Counted from the stretch's first letter, positions 51,163-62,131 are shown. The stretch: DNA of 64,000 bases from an uncultured Brevibacillus sp. (GCA_946402065.1 CAMIVR010000014.1:443-64442); one strand, 5' to 3'. Numbers and translations are program-made. Notes: generated from the letters alone by a model not told the origin.

Positions 51163-54100
51163 CGCCTGCGCCTCCCTTCGCGTCATGAACTTCTGCCGCT
51201 TGCTGCTCGAGTCTGTCCCATACCTGATGATCCTTCCAGCGACTAAGCATCTTCGGCTGATTGCCGGCAAACGAAGGGTCAAACTGGCAGACTGCTTTAT
51301 ACGCGCACGTCTGACAGGCCATCGCCGTCCCTTGCGCATACGGCTGGATGGCGATTTCGCCATTGATCAGGCGGGTGCTCAGCTCTGTCACCTGTGAGCG
51401 GACGAAGCGCTGCAACTGCTTGAACTGCTCTTTCGTCGCCACCGAAGAATTTGCCGTAAAGCTGCCGTCTTTTTTAAAAGCGAACGGGAGCAAATCGGAA
51501 CGCCCGGACTCCGCCTGTTCATCCATCAGCTTGGCCAGTTCCGGATCAGCCAGCAGCAAGCCTTTCATTTTCAGCTTGGCCGACCGCTCCTTGTCCGCTT
51601 CTTCATCCGTCAGGGCTCGGCCGGCTGTGATAAACGGGTCGGCTACCTGGTAGTAGAATACGCCGCCGACTTCAGCCTGCTTGCCCAGCCAGGAATGAGC
51701 ATTGCTGACCACGACGTCAAGATAGACGAGCAGCTGCAGGTTCAATCCGTTCCAGACATCTGCCATGATCAGCTTTTTCGGACTCGACTTGTAATCGATG
51801 ACGCGCAGATACGTCGTCTCTCCGGCGAGCGATTGATCTACCCGGTCGATCCGGCCGATCAATTGCACGGCTGTACCGTGGCCCAGTTGAATGGTAATGC
51901 CGGGAATCTCTCCCCCCGGGCCGAAGGATACCTCCAGTCCGACCGGGGCAAATTTGCTCCGTTTGGCATGCTCACCAAGCACGTAGATCGCCCTGCCGAC
52001 GGCTCGCTTCAATTTTCCGGTCAAATAGCGGTAGCGCGCCGTCCGGTTCAAAATACTGCTGCGCGTAACCGGAACCAGCTCATCGACGACCTCGTTGGCC
52101 AACTGCCTGCTCCCTTCCTCGGTCAAGCGGCTCCATTCCAGCTTTTCCTGGGCCATTTTATCGACTGCCCGCTTCAGTGAGGCGTGAAACAGCTCGCCCA
52201 CGTCAAACCGTTCCAGCCGATACGTTCGCCGCTCAATCAGACGCAGCCCGTGCGAGGCAAAATGGGAGAAGGCGCATGCCTGGAACCGTTCGAGCCGGGA
52301 TACGCTCATTCGCAAGGTCTTCCCGTACAGTGCTCTGCTGTCGGAAGCAGCCAGCGGTTGTGCCTGATTCGTGTAGCGGAAAGCGGACAGCAGCCATTTT
52401 TCCCGCTCCGCATCCGGTGAATGCCGGACAAACCAGTCGTACACTTCCCACCAGAAGGGAGTGAGCGATGCTCCCTTTTTCACCTGGCCGAGCAGTGTCA
52501 GCAAATGGCTGAACACTTGTTTTGGACGCCCCAGCAAAAATGCGTCCGCTTCCTCTATGCCGGTCGGCTGGTTGTGGAAGAATTGGATGGAGACGCCCGG
52601 GATCAGCTCTTTTACTCGCTCAAACAGCATTGACGGCAGCAGCCCCTTGCCTTCTTCGTCGGCCAAGGCACAACTGATCCACAGCCGCTCTGACGGCCTG
52701 GTCAGCGCTTGGTAGAGCAAAAACTGCTCGGCCAGAAGCTGCTGTTTGGCACTGGGGGCCATTTCGATCCCCGCTGCCTGCAGCCGATCGCGCTCCGCTT
52801 CATCGAGAATGCCGTTTTCCTGCGGCCGCATCGGGATTACCCCGTCGTTGGCGCCGAGGATAAACACCGCTTTGACGTGCGGGGCACGGGAACGCTCCAT
52901 CGACCCGATGATTACCTGATTAAGTGCAGGCGGGACGAGGCCGAGCTGGATTCCTTCGAGACCGCTCTCCAGCACACGGGCAAAGGTGGCGGCATCGAGC
53001 TTTTCCTGCCCCATTACTTCAACGATTTGGTCGAGCAGCTCAAGCAGACCGTTCCAGACCTGTCCGTGCTCCTGCGCGGCTTGCAGGTCGCCTCTCTGTT
53101 CCGCCTCTTCCTGCCACGCTTCAAGCTTCAGAGGAATTTGCAATTCGGCGAGAAACTGATACAGCACAGTTGCCATTTCCCGGACGTTAGAGACGGCAGC
53201 GCGCTTGAGCTCAGCTTCGAAAGCAAGCAGCGGCTGCGCATAGCGCCGGCGAATCGAATCGATCTGCTCCTGCTCGCCCCCGTGACGCCCATGGAAGTGC
53301 CACGGCTCGCCTGATTTCCAAAAACCGCCGTGAATCCCGTAGGCGAGCACGTAGTTTTCCAGCTCGTCAATCTCTTCCCTTGATTCCTCGCGTCGCCCGT
53401 CCTCGCTGAACAAATCTGTCTTCAGACAGCGGAAAACGGCCTCGTAGCGCCAGTTGGACGTGACCACTTCGAGCGCCGAGCGAACCAGCTCGACGACGGG
53501 GTGATGCAGCACGGAGCGCTTCTGATCGAGAAAGTAGGGAATGCCGTATTCGGTAAACACGTTGGCAATCTCGTCAGCGTATGCCGGAATGTCGCGCAAA
53601 AGAATCGCCATCTCACCAAAGCGATACTGCTCCTGCCGGGCGAGAGCGAGCATTTGCAGCGCTACCGCCTGCACCTCGGCACGGCGGCTGGCGGCAGAAT
53701 AGAGCACGATTTCCTGCTCGCGCCCCGGCTGTGGACACATCGGCGGTTTCTTCCAGGAAAAGTAGTTCGCCTCAAGCTGGCCGATCCACGGGCTCGTCGC
53801 AAACCGCCGCAGCTCGGTCATCAGCTCGGGCTGTTCCAGTTCGGCCCCTGCTTCTCTGGCCAAGCCTACCAGCCGCTGATAGGTTTTTACGGTAGGGAAA
53901 AACAGGGCCAGCTCATCCGGCTCGCCTGTACGCTCCTGCGGATCGAGACAGAGGACAATGCTCACCCGCCTGGCGTGCCGCATCAGCCTGGCGATGATCG
54001 CCAGCTCCTGATTGGTAAAGCCACTAAACCCGTCCAGATAGATCTCGCTCTCGGCAATATACGGTGAAGTGGCGACAGACTCCGCAACGCGCTTGAGCAT

Positions 54101-54631
54101 GTCGTCAGTATCGTAGTAAACCTCGTGCAAATACCCGTCATACGCGTTTAGCAGCAGGCACAGGTCATGCAGCTTGTTAGCCAGGGTACCAGTCCCCCAC
54201 TCTCTTCCCTGAAGCTGGTCCGCCGTGATGCCGTAGCTTTTGCACTCGCTGATCATCCTCGCCAGCAGTCCGGTAAAGCCCGGCTGCAAGGCAGAGCGGT
54301 GAAATACCTGCAGTTGCTCGCGATGACGCTCCAGCAGCATCCTTAGCACCATTTGCTTCCCTGTCTCGTCCACGGGCAAAAGCGTGGCACCGCCGGATTC
54401 CTGTATCAACCGGTACGCCAGCCGCTCAAAGCTGAGCACCTGCGCCCGGATCGTTCCTCCCAGATGGGGCAGCGTGGCCAGTGCATACTCGGCTTGAAAA
54501 GTGGCCTGCTCCGGTACAATGTAGATGAGCGGATGGCCGTCAGGCTGTGCGCTGAGCTTTTCTTCCAGCTCGCGAAACACCGCCGTCGTTTTCCCCGTAC
54601 CTGCTCTGCCCAGTATAAATCGAACACTCAC
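51155..54631 (-). CDS. addB: Nuclease subunit AddB
   Basis: GRAGTGKT, GRIDRVD, IDYKS, Fe-S cysteines (C...CQTC...C). Confidence 0.97.
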   Translation of the reverse strand: MSVRFILGRAGTGKTTAVFRELEEKLSAQPDGHPLIYIVPEQATFQAEYALATLPHLGGTIRAQVLSFERLAYRLIQESGGATLLPVDETGKQMVLRMLLERHREQLQVFHRSALQPGFTGLLARMISECKSYGITADQLQGREWGTGTLANKLHDLCLLLNAYDGYLHEVYYDTDDMLKRVAESVATSPYIAESEIYLDGFSGFTNQELAIIARLMRHARRVSIVLCLDPQERTGEPDELALFFPTVKTYQRLVGLAREAGAELEQPELMTELRRFATSPWIGQLEANYFSWKKPPMCPQPGREQEIVLYSAASRRAEVQAVALQMLALARQEQYRFGEMAILLRDIPAYADEIANVFTEYGIPYFLDQKRSVLHHPVVELVRSALEVVTSNWRYEAVFRCLKTDLFSEDGRREESREEIDELENYVLAYGIHGGFWKSGEPWHFHGRHGGEQEQIDSIRRRYAQPLLAFEAELKRAAVSNVREMATVLYQFLAELQIPLKLEAWQEEAEQRGDLQAAQEHGQVWNGLLELLDQIVEVMGQEKLDAATFARVLESGLEGIQLGLVPPALNQVIIGSMERSRAPHVKAVFILGANDGVIPMRPQENGILDEAERDRLQAAGIEMAPSAKQQLLAEQFLLYQALTRPSERLWISCALADEEGKGLLPSMLFERVKELIPGVSIQFFHNQPTGIEEADAFLLGRPKQVFSHLLTLLGQVKKGASLTPFWWEVYDWFVRHSPDAEREKWLLSAFRYTNQAQPLAASDSRALYGKTLRMSVSRLERFQACAFSHFASHGLRLIERRTYRLERFDVGELFHASLKRAVDKMAQEKLEWSRLTEEGSRQLANEVVDELVPVTRSSILNRTARYRYLTGKLKRAVGRAIYVLGEHAKRSKFAPVGLEVSFGPGGEIPGITIQLGHGTAVQLIGRIDRVDQSLAGETTYLRVIDYKSSPKKLIMADVWNGLNLQLLVYLDVVVSNAHSWLGKQAEVGGVFYYQVADPFITAGRALTDEEADKERSAKLKMKGLLLADPELAKLMDEQAESGRSDLLPFAFKKDGSFTANSSVATKEQFKQLQRFVRSQVTELSTRLINGEIAIQPYAQGTAMACQTCAYKAVCQFDPSFAGNQPKMLSRWKDHQVWDRLEQQAAEVHDAKGGAGDE

Positions 54632-54652
54632 ACGTCTTCCCTCTCTCTCCTG

Positions 54653-57600
54653 CTAGTCCAACTCCAGCTCAACCTGGCTGCCGCGCCCCAACGGCTCTGC
54701 CGGAGTGACGACCAATCGACGCGGCATCCGCACCCGAAGTTCAGGCACGTGACTGATGATGCCGATGGTAAAATCGCTCATCCGCAACCGCTCCAAAGCA
54801 TTCAGAACAACCTCCAGCAGCTCTGGGTCGAGCGTGCCAAATCCTTCATCCAGGAAGAAAAACTCCAATCTCGCGCCGCGCATCTGGATTTCCACAGAGA
54901 GCGCCAGCGCCAGTGCCAGTGAAGTGAGGAAGGTCTCTCCGCCGGAAAGCGTACTGACCGATCGGCGAATGCCGCCAGCGCCTTCGTCACGGAGAACAAA
55001 TTCCCCGTCGTCGCCCAATTCCAGGGCATAGCGGTCTTTGGTCATCCGTTTGAGGTGATAGGAGGCATCGCGGGCGATCGAAGCCAGCTTTTCCTCCGCG
55101 ATAAACTGGACAAATGCCTTGCCCTCAAACAGCTTCTTCATGTCATCGTAGCGGCTCTGCTCGTCTGTGATCAGCTCAAGCCGTTCGTTCAGGGCAAGCC
55201 ACTTTTCATGGTTTTGCTCAATCAGCGTCAGAGCCCGTCTGGCGACTGCGACCTGGTCCTTGGTCGTTTGCAGTGTCGCTTCCAATTCAGACCATACCTG
55301 ACAAAGCGCTGCGTATTCATCTTCAGTGACTGACCGATCGGCCAGCCTCTCGGCAATTCGCTGCTGTTCGTATTGGTACTTGTCCCACTCCGCCTGAAAC
55401 AGCCGCACCTGTTCCCGGTACGTTTTTACCTGCTCGCGCTCTGTGTAGCACCGCTCGATATGCTCCTCACTCGCCAGCCCCGATTCAGCGATGGCTTGAT
55501 CGTGCGCCGTCTCTGCCTCCAGCTTTAGCCGGGTGAGCTGGTCGTGGGCTTCTTCCAGTCTGGACAGTTCATCGCGAAGCTGCTGTTTGTTTGCAAGCGA
55601 TGCAGTATAAGCCTGTTCTGCTGCGGCTGTGGCAGTGCGCAACGCTTGCAACTGCTGTTCTACCTGCTGAATGCAGCTAGCGGCCCTTTCACCGTTTGTC
55701 CGCTCATTCCAAAGCAACCGCTTCTGCCCGTACAGCGCCTGGCGTTCCTGATTTCGCTCCCGCAGTGTGGCGATCTCATACGTCAGCGCGTGATGCTGCT
55801 CTTGTTTCGTCTGCCAGTCGGTGCGCTGCCGGGCAATTTGGCCGTCGAGCTCCTGGCGTTTTTTTTGCAAAAGCTCCGCTCGCTTGTCTGCCGCTTCCAG
55901 ACGGTTGTACTGAAGCTCGATCTGCTCGGGAGGCATTCCCTGCGACACTTGCCGCAGCTCTGTCTCCGCCCGCTCGGCATTGAGCCTGGCTTCTTGCAGC
56001 CGCTCGCTGGCGGAAACGAGTTTTGCCTGTATCTGTTCCTTGACGACAAGCTTCCGCTCGTATTGCAGCTTTTGTTCAAGCTCGCGCTCGCGCAGTTGGC
56101 CTACGGCTTGCTGCAGCTGTCCTAACCGCTGCACATGCGTTTCACGCTGCTTTGCCTGCTCGTTGTAGCGAACTTCCGCCTGTTTGTAATGCTCCAACAA
56201 TTCAGCAAACCGGGTAACCGACCAGCTTGACCCGAGCTGGCTGCATTCCTCCCTGATTGCATCCACTCGTGCTGTCAGCGCGTTTCGCTCGTCTTGCAGC
56301 AGCGCTTTCCGCTGCGCCAACCCGGCTGCCTCTTCTCTCGCCTGCTGGAGCCGCTCGCTCGTCTGCCGCAAACGCTCCTCCGCTTGGGCTACCCGTACCT
56401 CAGCCGCCTTGACCTGTTCCTGCAGCGCTTCACTCGTCAGCCCGTCAGCTTGCAGGTGGGCAGCTTCCGCTGTATGCGGATGAGTCGTCGAACCGCACAC
56501 CGGGCACGCTTCTCCTGCGTGAAGCGAATCGCGCAGAACGCGGACCATATTCTCCTGCTGCCAGGCGTGCCAGTCAGCTTCCGCCTGCGCTTTTTCCGCC
56601 TGTCGGAGCCGGTAGTCTTCTGCCTCGGCCTGCTGCTGTTCGAGCAATTGCTGGATGCGTTCCTGTCCGCTCGTCCAAAGCGGCTCAAGCGCCTGCCACT
56701 TGCCCAGCCATTCGCGTTCGGCGTTGTCCGCTTCCCGCCAGTCCCGGCCCAATGCTTTTGCCTGGGAAAGCTGCTCCCGCTGACTCGCCAACACTTGCTC
56801 ATCGGCGACCGGTTCTGTCTCTGCCTGTACCAATTGCTGCTGCAGTCCTTCCCGCTCCGCTGCCGCTTGACGCCAGACGGCATGGAGCTGTTCCAGCTCC
56901 TGGCTCGTCCGCCGCTCTTCCGCTTCTGTCTCCAGGACTTCGCGTTCGCTCTGCTGCCATTTGGCCCGCTCGCGCTCCCATGCTTGCTTGCTCTCCCGCG
57001 CTTGCAAAATCCGCTTGCGCTCGTCTGCCGAGACGGCACTGCCCTGCAGTTCCTGCTCCAGCTTTGTACGCTCTTGTTCCCACGCAGACAATTGCTGCCC
57101 GGCATGTGTCCATTGTTCCGTGATGTTTGCCAGTTGCGCATTTTTAGTCAGTAAAAGCGCCTCGCCTTGTTCAAGCTCGCTTTGCAGTACCGCCAGTTCC
57201 CGCTCCCACTCCAGCGCTTGCTCCAGCTTGCTTTTCCGCTCGATCAGCGCCGGTTCCGCGCTGCGCTGTTCGGCTTGCAGTGCGTGAAAGCGGCTTTCCA
57301 GCTGTTCATGTGCTTGATCGGCCCGCTCCTTCTCCGTTCGTTTCAATGCCAGCGCCTCGCCTGTTTGCTGCCATTGCTGCCGCAGCTGTCTGGCTTTGGC
57401 GATGTGCGGCCACGCCTGCACACTTGCCTCGATCTCGGTTATCCGGCTTGTCAGCCGGGACATTTCCGCCTGTCTGGCTGCCAGATTGTCCAGTTTCGCG
57501 CGGATTTGCTGCTGCTCAAGCTGTAGCTGGCGCACCTGCTCCATTTCCTGCTTTTGGGCAAATAACGTCGCTTTTTCTGCGGCGTACCGCTGCTCGTGCT

Positions 57601-58300
57601 CGCTAGCGGCAGCCAGTTCCTCTGCCGCCGCTTTCAACGCCTCCGGACCAGCCTCGCCCAATGCGGCCAATTCAAGCTGCAAGCGGTACTGCTCCGCCCT
57701 GTTCTGTTCATAGGCGCAGCGTATGCGCTCGTTTAGCTTTTCCCCGTATTCCTGCAGCTGGAAGATACGCTGCAGCATTTCATTGCGCTCGCTGCCCTTC
57801 AAAGTGAGGAATTTGGAAAATTGCCCTTGCGGCAAGACGACTGCACGGGTGAAATCCTGCAGCGTCAAGCCGATCAGCTTCTCCACCGCACTCGTCGCCG
57901 AACTCGCCTTTGACTCCAGTACCGTATCCGCTTCCTCATCGGTCGAGGCATGCTGAATCAGCCGCACTTCCGGAGGCCGTTTATTCCCCTTCTTGTCCAG
58001 CCCGAATTCCCGTTCAATCGTGTACCGCTGCTGTTGCGCCGCTTTGCCCAGCTCAAACGTAAAAGAGACAAACAACCGCTGCTCGTGCTGGTTCAGCACT
58101 TGCTGCGGATGCGAGTTCCCCCCCATCCGGACGACTTGTCCGTATAGCGCCAGCGTGATCGCATCGAGGATGGTTGACTTGCCGCTGCCGGTCGGTCCGA
58201 AAATGCCGAACAGGCCTGCTTCACACAGCGTGACAAAGTCGATCTCCACCAGCTCGCGATAGCTGTGCAAGCCCGCTATTTTCAATAAAATCGGTCTCAC
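54653..58300 (-). CDS. sbcC: SbcC SMC-like ATPase
   Basis: [15 protein letters not shown] zinc hook, LSGGE, LDEGFG. Confidence 0.96.
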   Translation of the reverse strand: MRPILLKIAGLHSYRELVEIDFVTLCEAGLFGIFGPTGSGKSTILDAITLALYGQVVRMGGNSHPQQVLNQHEQRLFVSFTFELGKAAQQQRYTIEREFGLDKKGNKRPPEVRLIQHASTDEEADTVLESKASSATSAVEKLIGLTLQDFTRAVVLPQGQFSKFLTLKGSERNEMLQRIFQLQEYGEKLNERIRCAYEQNRAEQYRLQLELAALGEAGPEALKAAAEELAAASEHEQRYAAEKATLFAQKQEMEQVRQLQLEQQQIRAKLDNLAARQAEMSRLTSRITEIEASVQAWPHIAKARQLRQQWQQTGEALALKRTEKERADQAHEQLESRFHALQAEQRSAEPALIERKSKLEQALEWERELAVLQSELEQGEALLLTKNAQLANITEQWTHAGQQLSAWEQERTKLEQELQGSAVSADERKRILQARESKQAWERERAKWQQSEREVLETEAEERRTSQELEQLHAVWRQAAAEREGLQQQLVQAETEPVADEQVLASQREQLSQAKALGRDWREADNAEREWLGKWQALEPLWTSGQERIQQLLEQQQAEAEDYRLRQAEKAQAEADWHAWQQENMVRVLRDSLHAGEACPVCGSTTHPHTAEAAHLQADGLTSEALQEQVKAAEVRVAQAEERLRQTSERLQQAREEAAGLAQRKALLQDERNALTARVDAIREECSQLGSSWSVTRFAELLEHYKQAEVRYNEQAKQRETHVQRLGQLQQAVGQLRERELEQKLQYERKLVVKEQIQAKLVSASERLQEARLNAERAETELRQVSQGMPPEQIELQYNRLEAADKRAELLQKKRQELDGQIARQRTDWQTKQEQHHALTYEIATLRERNQERQALYGQKRLLWNERTNGERAASCIQQVEQQLQALRTATAAAEQAYTASLANKQQLRDELSRLEEAHDQLTRLKLEAETAHDQAIAESGLASEEHIERCYTEREQVKTYREQVRLFQAEWDKYQYEQQRIAERLADRSVTEDEYAALCQVWSELEATLQTTKDQVAVARRALTLIEQNHEKWLALNERLELITDEQSRYDDMKKLFEGKAFVQFIAEEKLASIARDASYHLKRMTKDRYALELGDDGEFVLRDEGAGGIRRSVSTLSGGETFLTSLALALALSVEIQMRGARLEFFFLDEGFGTLDPELLEVVLNALERLRMSDFTIGIISHVPELRVRMPRRLVVTPAEPLGRGSQVELELD

Positions 58301-59559
58301 GCCGGGTCCCCTCCCTGCACTGAATCGCGCTCGCCTGCTGCCAGCATGACCCGGGCAAACAGTTCAACCACCCGCTCATCCGGCTGTACGCCGCGCTTCC
58401 GTTCGTAAAAACGGCGGAATAACTGTTCAGGGGCAAGCTCTGCCCGCTTCTCGACGGCAGCCTCATCCTCCTGCTCTTCTGCAGTACGTACCTGTACACG
58501 CTGGATTTTGATAAAGTTCTCGCTCTTTTTCTTCAACCGCTGAAATTCTGCCGGGTCGATCACATCGCTGACGTGCAGCTCAAGCTCGATCCAGCTATCG
58601 GTATCTCTGCCTTCTGCCAGCCACTGCTCCACCTGTGCAATACCGCCCGTAGCCTTCCAGCGAGCCAATGGCCTCGGGCTTTGCAAGTAGACAATTTCCT
58701 CGTTCACGGACTGGCTGGGCACGATGTCGACAACCACCACAGCCTTGCTTTGCCCCGCTTCGGAAAAACTGTACGGCAACGGCGAACCGCTATAGCGAAC
58801 CAGCGGTTTCTCATTGAGCTTTTGCAGTCTATGTAAGTGTCCAAGCGCGACATAATCCGCCTTGGCCGGGAATGCCGACAGCGGTATCGTCAGCGCTCCG
58901 CCGATCTGGATCGGCCGCTCGGAATCCGTCTCGCTCCCGCCTGCAACGAACAGGTGACTCGTCAGCAGGTTCACGGTATCGTCGCGATAATGCTCGGCCA
59001 ATTCGGCAAAAATTGCTTTGATCCGCTCATAGTAAGCGAGCTGCATCTGCTCCTGGTCAAAGCTTTCGCTGAGCAATTCCTTGAGCCTCGCTTCTGACGG
59101 ATACGGCAAGGCGATGACGACTGCAGTATGCCCGACTCCGGGTACGGCGATCTCAAACCAGGACGGACCTGCCTGCACAATCCTGACCCGCTCTGACGAA
59201 TCGTCCGTCGACGTGCAAATCGGCGCTTCTTTTGGCAGTCCGAGCAACACAATCCCTTGCTTATGCGCCAAGGGCGCTGCCGCCCGCACCCGTTCCGGCT
59301 GGTCATGGTTCCCGGCAATGACCACAACCCCGCGCTTGCCTCCTTGCGAAAGCCGTTCCACCGCCTCATAAAACAGCTCCTCCGCCCATGCCGGAGGATT
59401 GACAGAGTCGTACACGTCCCCTGCGATCAGTACGAGATCAATCGCCTTCTCATCGGCGACCCGGCATAGCTCATCGATGAATGCCATCTGCTCTTCACGG
59501 CGGTCACGCCCTTCCAGCAGCCGTCCAAAGTGCCAATCGGCCGTATGTAATATCCGCAT
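58297..59559 (-). CDS. sbcD: SbcD nuclease
   Basis: HTADWH, AGD, GNHD, ALGHLH metallophosphoesterase motifs. Confidence 0.96.
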   Translation of the reverse strand: MRILHTADWHFGRLLEGRDRREEQMAFIDELCRVADEKAIDLVLIAGDVYDSVNPPAWAEELFYEAVERLSQGGKRGVVVIAGNHDQPERVRAAAPLAHKQGIVLLGLPKEAPICTSTDDSSERVRIVQAGPSWFEIAVPGVGHTAVVIALPYPSEARLKELLSESFDQEQMQLAYYERIKAIFAELAEHYRDDTVNLLTSHLFVAGGSETDSERPIQIGGALTIPLSAFPAKADYVALGHLHRLQKLNEKPLVRYSGSPLPYSFSEAGQSKAVVVVDIVPSQSVNEEIVYLQSPRPLARWKATGGIAQVEQWLAEGRDTDSWIELELHVSDVIDPAEFQRLKKKSENFIKIQRVQVRTAEEQEDEAAVEKRAELAPEQLFRRFYERKRGVQPDERVVELFARVMLAAGERDSVQGGDPA

Positions 59560-59646
59560 ACCGTCCTCACCCCACGATCATTTGTTTGCTTTTATTGTAC
59601 CAGAAGAATGGGGGAGGGGGTAAGTCCTTCATGCTGCAGTGGTGAC

Positions 59647-59851
59647 GAGAGTGAAAAGAGGACTGGGCTTCGTTCGTTGCGGCTTTTGCAGGGAAGCGCG
59701 CTCTGTCCGGCTCCGCTCCAAAAACGGCACGTCGACCAAAATTTCAAGGAAGATTATTCAATCGTAGAGTTGGTCTATAAAGCTGTGCCGTTTTTTCCGC
59801 TCCACCTGGGTTAAGCCGCAAAGGCCTCCGCCCATTCCTCTTTTCTCTCTC
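59647..59851. mobile_element. MITE-like non-coding element with nested inverted repeats
   Basis: Arms AAAAGAGGACTGGGC/GCCCATTCCTCTTTT, TTGCGGCTT/AAGCCGCAA, AAAAACGGCAC/GTGCCGTTTTT; the left end recurs at 24557-24587. Confidence 0.6.
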
Positions 59852-60157
59852 TACCAGCTACGTGCATCAACGGACTGAAAGAGAAAGTAAAAAATAGTGA
59901 AAGGTTAGCCAGGAAGAGAGGAACCCAGCATCCTCCAATAGGCTACATAGCCCTTACACCCGATTTTTTACTTTCTTCTTTATTTTTTTCTTTTTCGATC
60001 ATGTTATTTTGGGGCGCAGTTCAGCTTTTTAAACGGATTCGGCCTGAATACTCCCTCACAGGCGGTGTCACTTGCGAAGCGAACCTTTTTTGCCATTCCC
60101 TCCCCCAAAAGTAAAAAAGGTGAACTCCCTTAATAATGCTGGGTATCCACCTCTAAA

Positions 60158-60613
60158 CTATATAAGTCCGAGCTCTGTATGAAAGTACTGCAAAGTATTA
60201 TAAGAACTGTTAATTCGGCTAAGAACGCGGATATCATTTTTTTGAACGGCTTTGCAGTACGTGTCGACATGGCGATAAAAGTCACGTTTGATTTTGCCTG
60301 CATTTCTGACAATCAAATCATGTTGGTATTGTGGAATTGTTTTTTGTGATAAGAAAGCGTATTTTGGGAGATCGTTAATGATAACAGCTTTTGTATAATC
60401 CAATCCTTTTCTCCCATTTCCAAATGTAAATCCGATTCCATGCGGCATTTCACTACGAAAGGGTATTAAAAAGGTATTCCCCTTATATTAGGTGACAAGA
60501 TGAAGGTATTGTCTGTTAGTATTTTTCATAATTTCAGAATATATACCATAGTCTTGATAAAATTGCCTATTTAGGTGCATGTATTGAAAGTCATTTTTAG
60601 GCTGATTGTTCAT
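60158..60613 (-). pseudogene. Type III TA toxin (TenpN-like) with in-frame TAA at codon 42
   Basis: MNNQPKNDFQYMHLNRQFYQDY...NRQYLHLVT*YKGNTFLIPFRS...GLDYTKAVII...NTLQYFHTELGL; 152 codons, GGGAG RBS; downstream of a repeat array and terminator. Confidence 0.85.
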
Positions 60614-60627
60614 TATAGACTCCCAAA

Positions 60628-60660
60628 TGGAAAATGGCGCCATATCAGCGCCATACCATC
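60628..60660 (-). terminator. Terminator between antitoxin repeats and toxin
   Basis: Minus strand ATGGCGC-TGATATG-GCGCCAT followed by a short T run. Confidence 0.7.
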
Positions 60661-60663
60661 TTC

Positions 60664-60764
60664 ATCATTCGTTTGGCTTTTGTTTTTAGGGTGGGCTGCC
60701 ATTCGCACCACGATCATTCGTTTGGCTTTTGTTTTTAAGGTGGGCTGCCATTCGCACCACAATC
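60664..60764 (-). ncRNA. Type III antitoxin RNA (TenpI-like), ~2.1 x 49-nt tandem repeats
   Basis: Units 60664-60712 and 60713-60761 differ at 2 nt; each can form an H-type pseudoknot (GGTG/CACC and TGGC/GCCA) with an A-rich loop. Confidence 0.85.
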
Positions 60765-60773
60765 GACACCTAT

Positions 60774-60802
60774 ATTGTAGTATAACCTATGACAAGAGTC
60801 AA
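60774..60802 (-). promoter_or_regulatory. SigA promoter of the type III TA operon
   Basis: TTGACT-N17-TACAAT, about 10 nt upstream of the repeats. Confidence 0.8.
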
Positions 60803-60866
60803 TAGGTTTTCCCAACACAGGTTGATGAAGATGGCCTTCTTAATTTATTCCTTCCCCTTTAGAATT

Positions 60867-61050
60867 ATGTATAACTTTCGGAATCATGTGTTTCAAAACG
60901 CTAACAAACGAGTAGCCTTCCCCGCCAAAGTGTCGTTTCTTCGATACAGTCTATTCGATTAAAATATCATAAACATGCGGAGGATTTTTCGGTAGCTATG
61001 GTCAATTATGCTTATACTTTTCAGTAGCTCTTTGATATTTACTAAGCAAT
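60867..61050 (+). pseudogene. Doc (Fic-family) toxin remnant
   Basis: NHVFQNANKRVAF matches Doc motif HxFx(D/N)(A/G)NKR; continues after a stop and frameshift as AEDFSVAMVNYAYTFQ*. Confidence 0.65.
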
Positions 61051-61082
61051 ACTCCGCGTATAATCTTCCAAAACTAGCGACT

Positions 61083-61110
61083 TAGCCTGATCGAAGCATA
61101 GATCAGGCTA
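61083..61110. terminator. Hairpin/terminator
   Basis: Perfect 10-bp stem TAGCCTGATC/GATCAGGCTA. Confidence 0.65.
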
Positions 61111-61225
61111 TCTGTATTTCGACAAGGTAACATTTTCTCTCCCTCATCTTTTTATAGGGAAAAGGTGAGAAGATAGAAGTACATTCCCTATATTCACATG
61201 AAGAATCTGCTTCTGCCTAAGACAC

Positions 61226-62131
61226 TCAATTGAACCTCTGCGGCCCCTTTAACACCTGCAAGCAAATATAGCAAAGCGTTCCGAACAGGCAAGTGATGAC
61301 CATCGAGTGGAAAATCGTCGCATACAGCACCAGGTTGGACGACACCACGTATCCCCCGCTCAGCACTTGAATGACGACCAGCAAAAATGCAAGAATCCCC
61401 GCAGAGTAAACGTCACGTCGCATCGTCTTGTACTCGCGAATCCCCCAGATCATCAGGATCAAAATCAATATAAGCAGGATTGCCGCTGCCAAACGGTGGG
61501 CAAACTGGATTCCCACCTGTCCAGTCAGCTCGGGAATGAGCTTTCCCTGGCAGAGCGGCCAATCCGGACAGCCGAGGCTTGACCCGGTATGGCGCACGTA
61601 TGCCCCCAAATAGACGACTCCGTATGCGTATATCGTTACGAACCAGGCAAAAAACCGATACCCTTTCGATACTCCACCCTGGACCAATTTTGCCACGCGA
61701 TCCCGCTGCAAGACGAAGATAGACAGAAGCAGCACGCCGGTAAACGCAAGCAAGGAAAAGCCAAAATGCAGCGCCAAAACGGGCGGAGACTGCGGCCAGA
61801 TGACAGCGGCCGCACCAAGCAGAGATTCCAGTACGATAAAGAACAGGCCGAAAATCGCCAAGCTGCGGACTTCCTGATTCTTGGTGTATCGCCGCCACGC
61901 CCAAATGGAAAAAATCACCACAATAATTCCGCTTAACCCGGTCACAGCGCGGTGCCCGTATTCAATCATCGACTGCAACGTGTATTCAGGTACCCATTTT
62001 CCATTGCATAATGGCCAATCGTTTCCACAGCCAAGTGCTGAATCCGTTTTCGTTACAAGCGAGCCTGCAATCATGACGAGAAACATTGTAATCGAAGCCA
62101 CAACAGCCAAGGCTTTTAGCCATCTATCCAT
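61226..62131 (-). CDS. ctaA: Heme A synthase
   Basis: CGNDWPLC, EYGHR, CPDWPLC, QFAHR motifs. Confidence 0.95.
   Translation of the reverse strand: MDRWLKALAVVASITMFLVMIAGSLVTKTDSALGCGNDWPLCNGKWVPEYTLQSMIEYGHRAVTGLSGIIVVIFSIWAWRRYTKNQEVRSLAIFGLFFIVLESLLGAAAVIWPQSPPVLALHFGFSLLAFTGVLLLSIFVLQRDRVAKLVQGGVSKGYRFFAWFVTIYAYGVVYLGAYVRHTGSSLGCPDWPLCQGKLIPELTGQVGIQFAHRLAAAILLILILILMIWGIREYKTMRRDVYSAGILAFLLVVIQVLSGGYVVSSNLVLYATIFHSMVITCLFGTLCYICLQVLKGPQRFN

Noticed and set aside
51163-51363. Extended AddA N-terminus
   Set aside because: Overlaps the addB 3' end; the real start is at 51162 behind a GGGAGG RBS
47332-59559. Helicase/nuclease/SMC cluster as a defence system
   Set aside because: It is the ordinary housekeeping addAB-sbcCD repair cluster
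60664-60764. Tandem repeats as a CRISPR array
   Set aside because: Units are contiguous with no unique spacers and there are no cas genes; the layout fits a type III antitoxin
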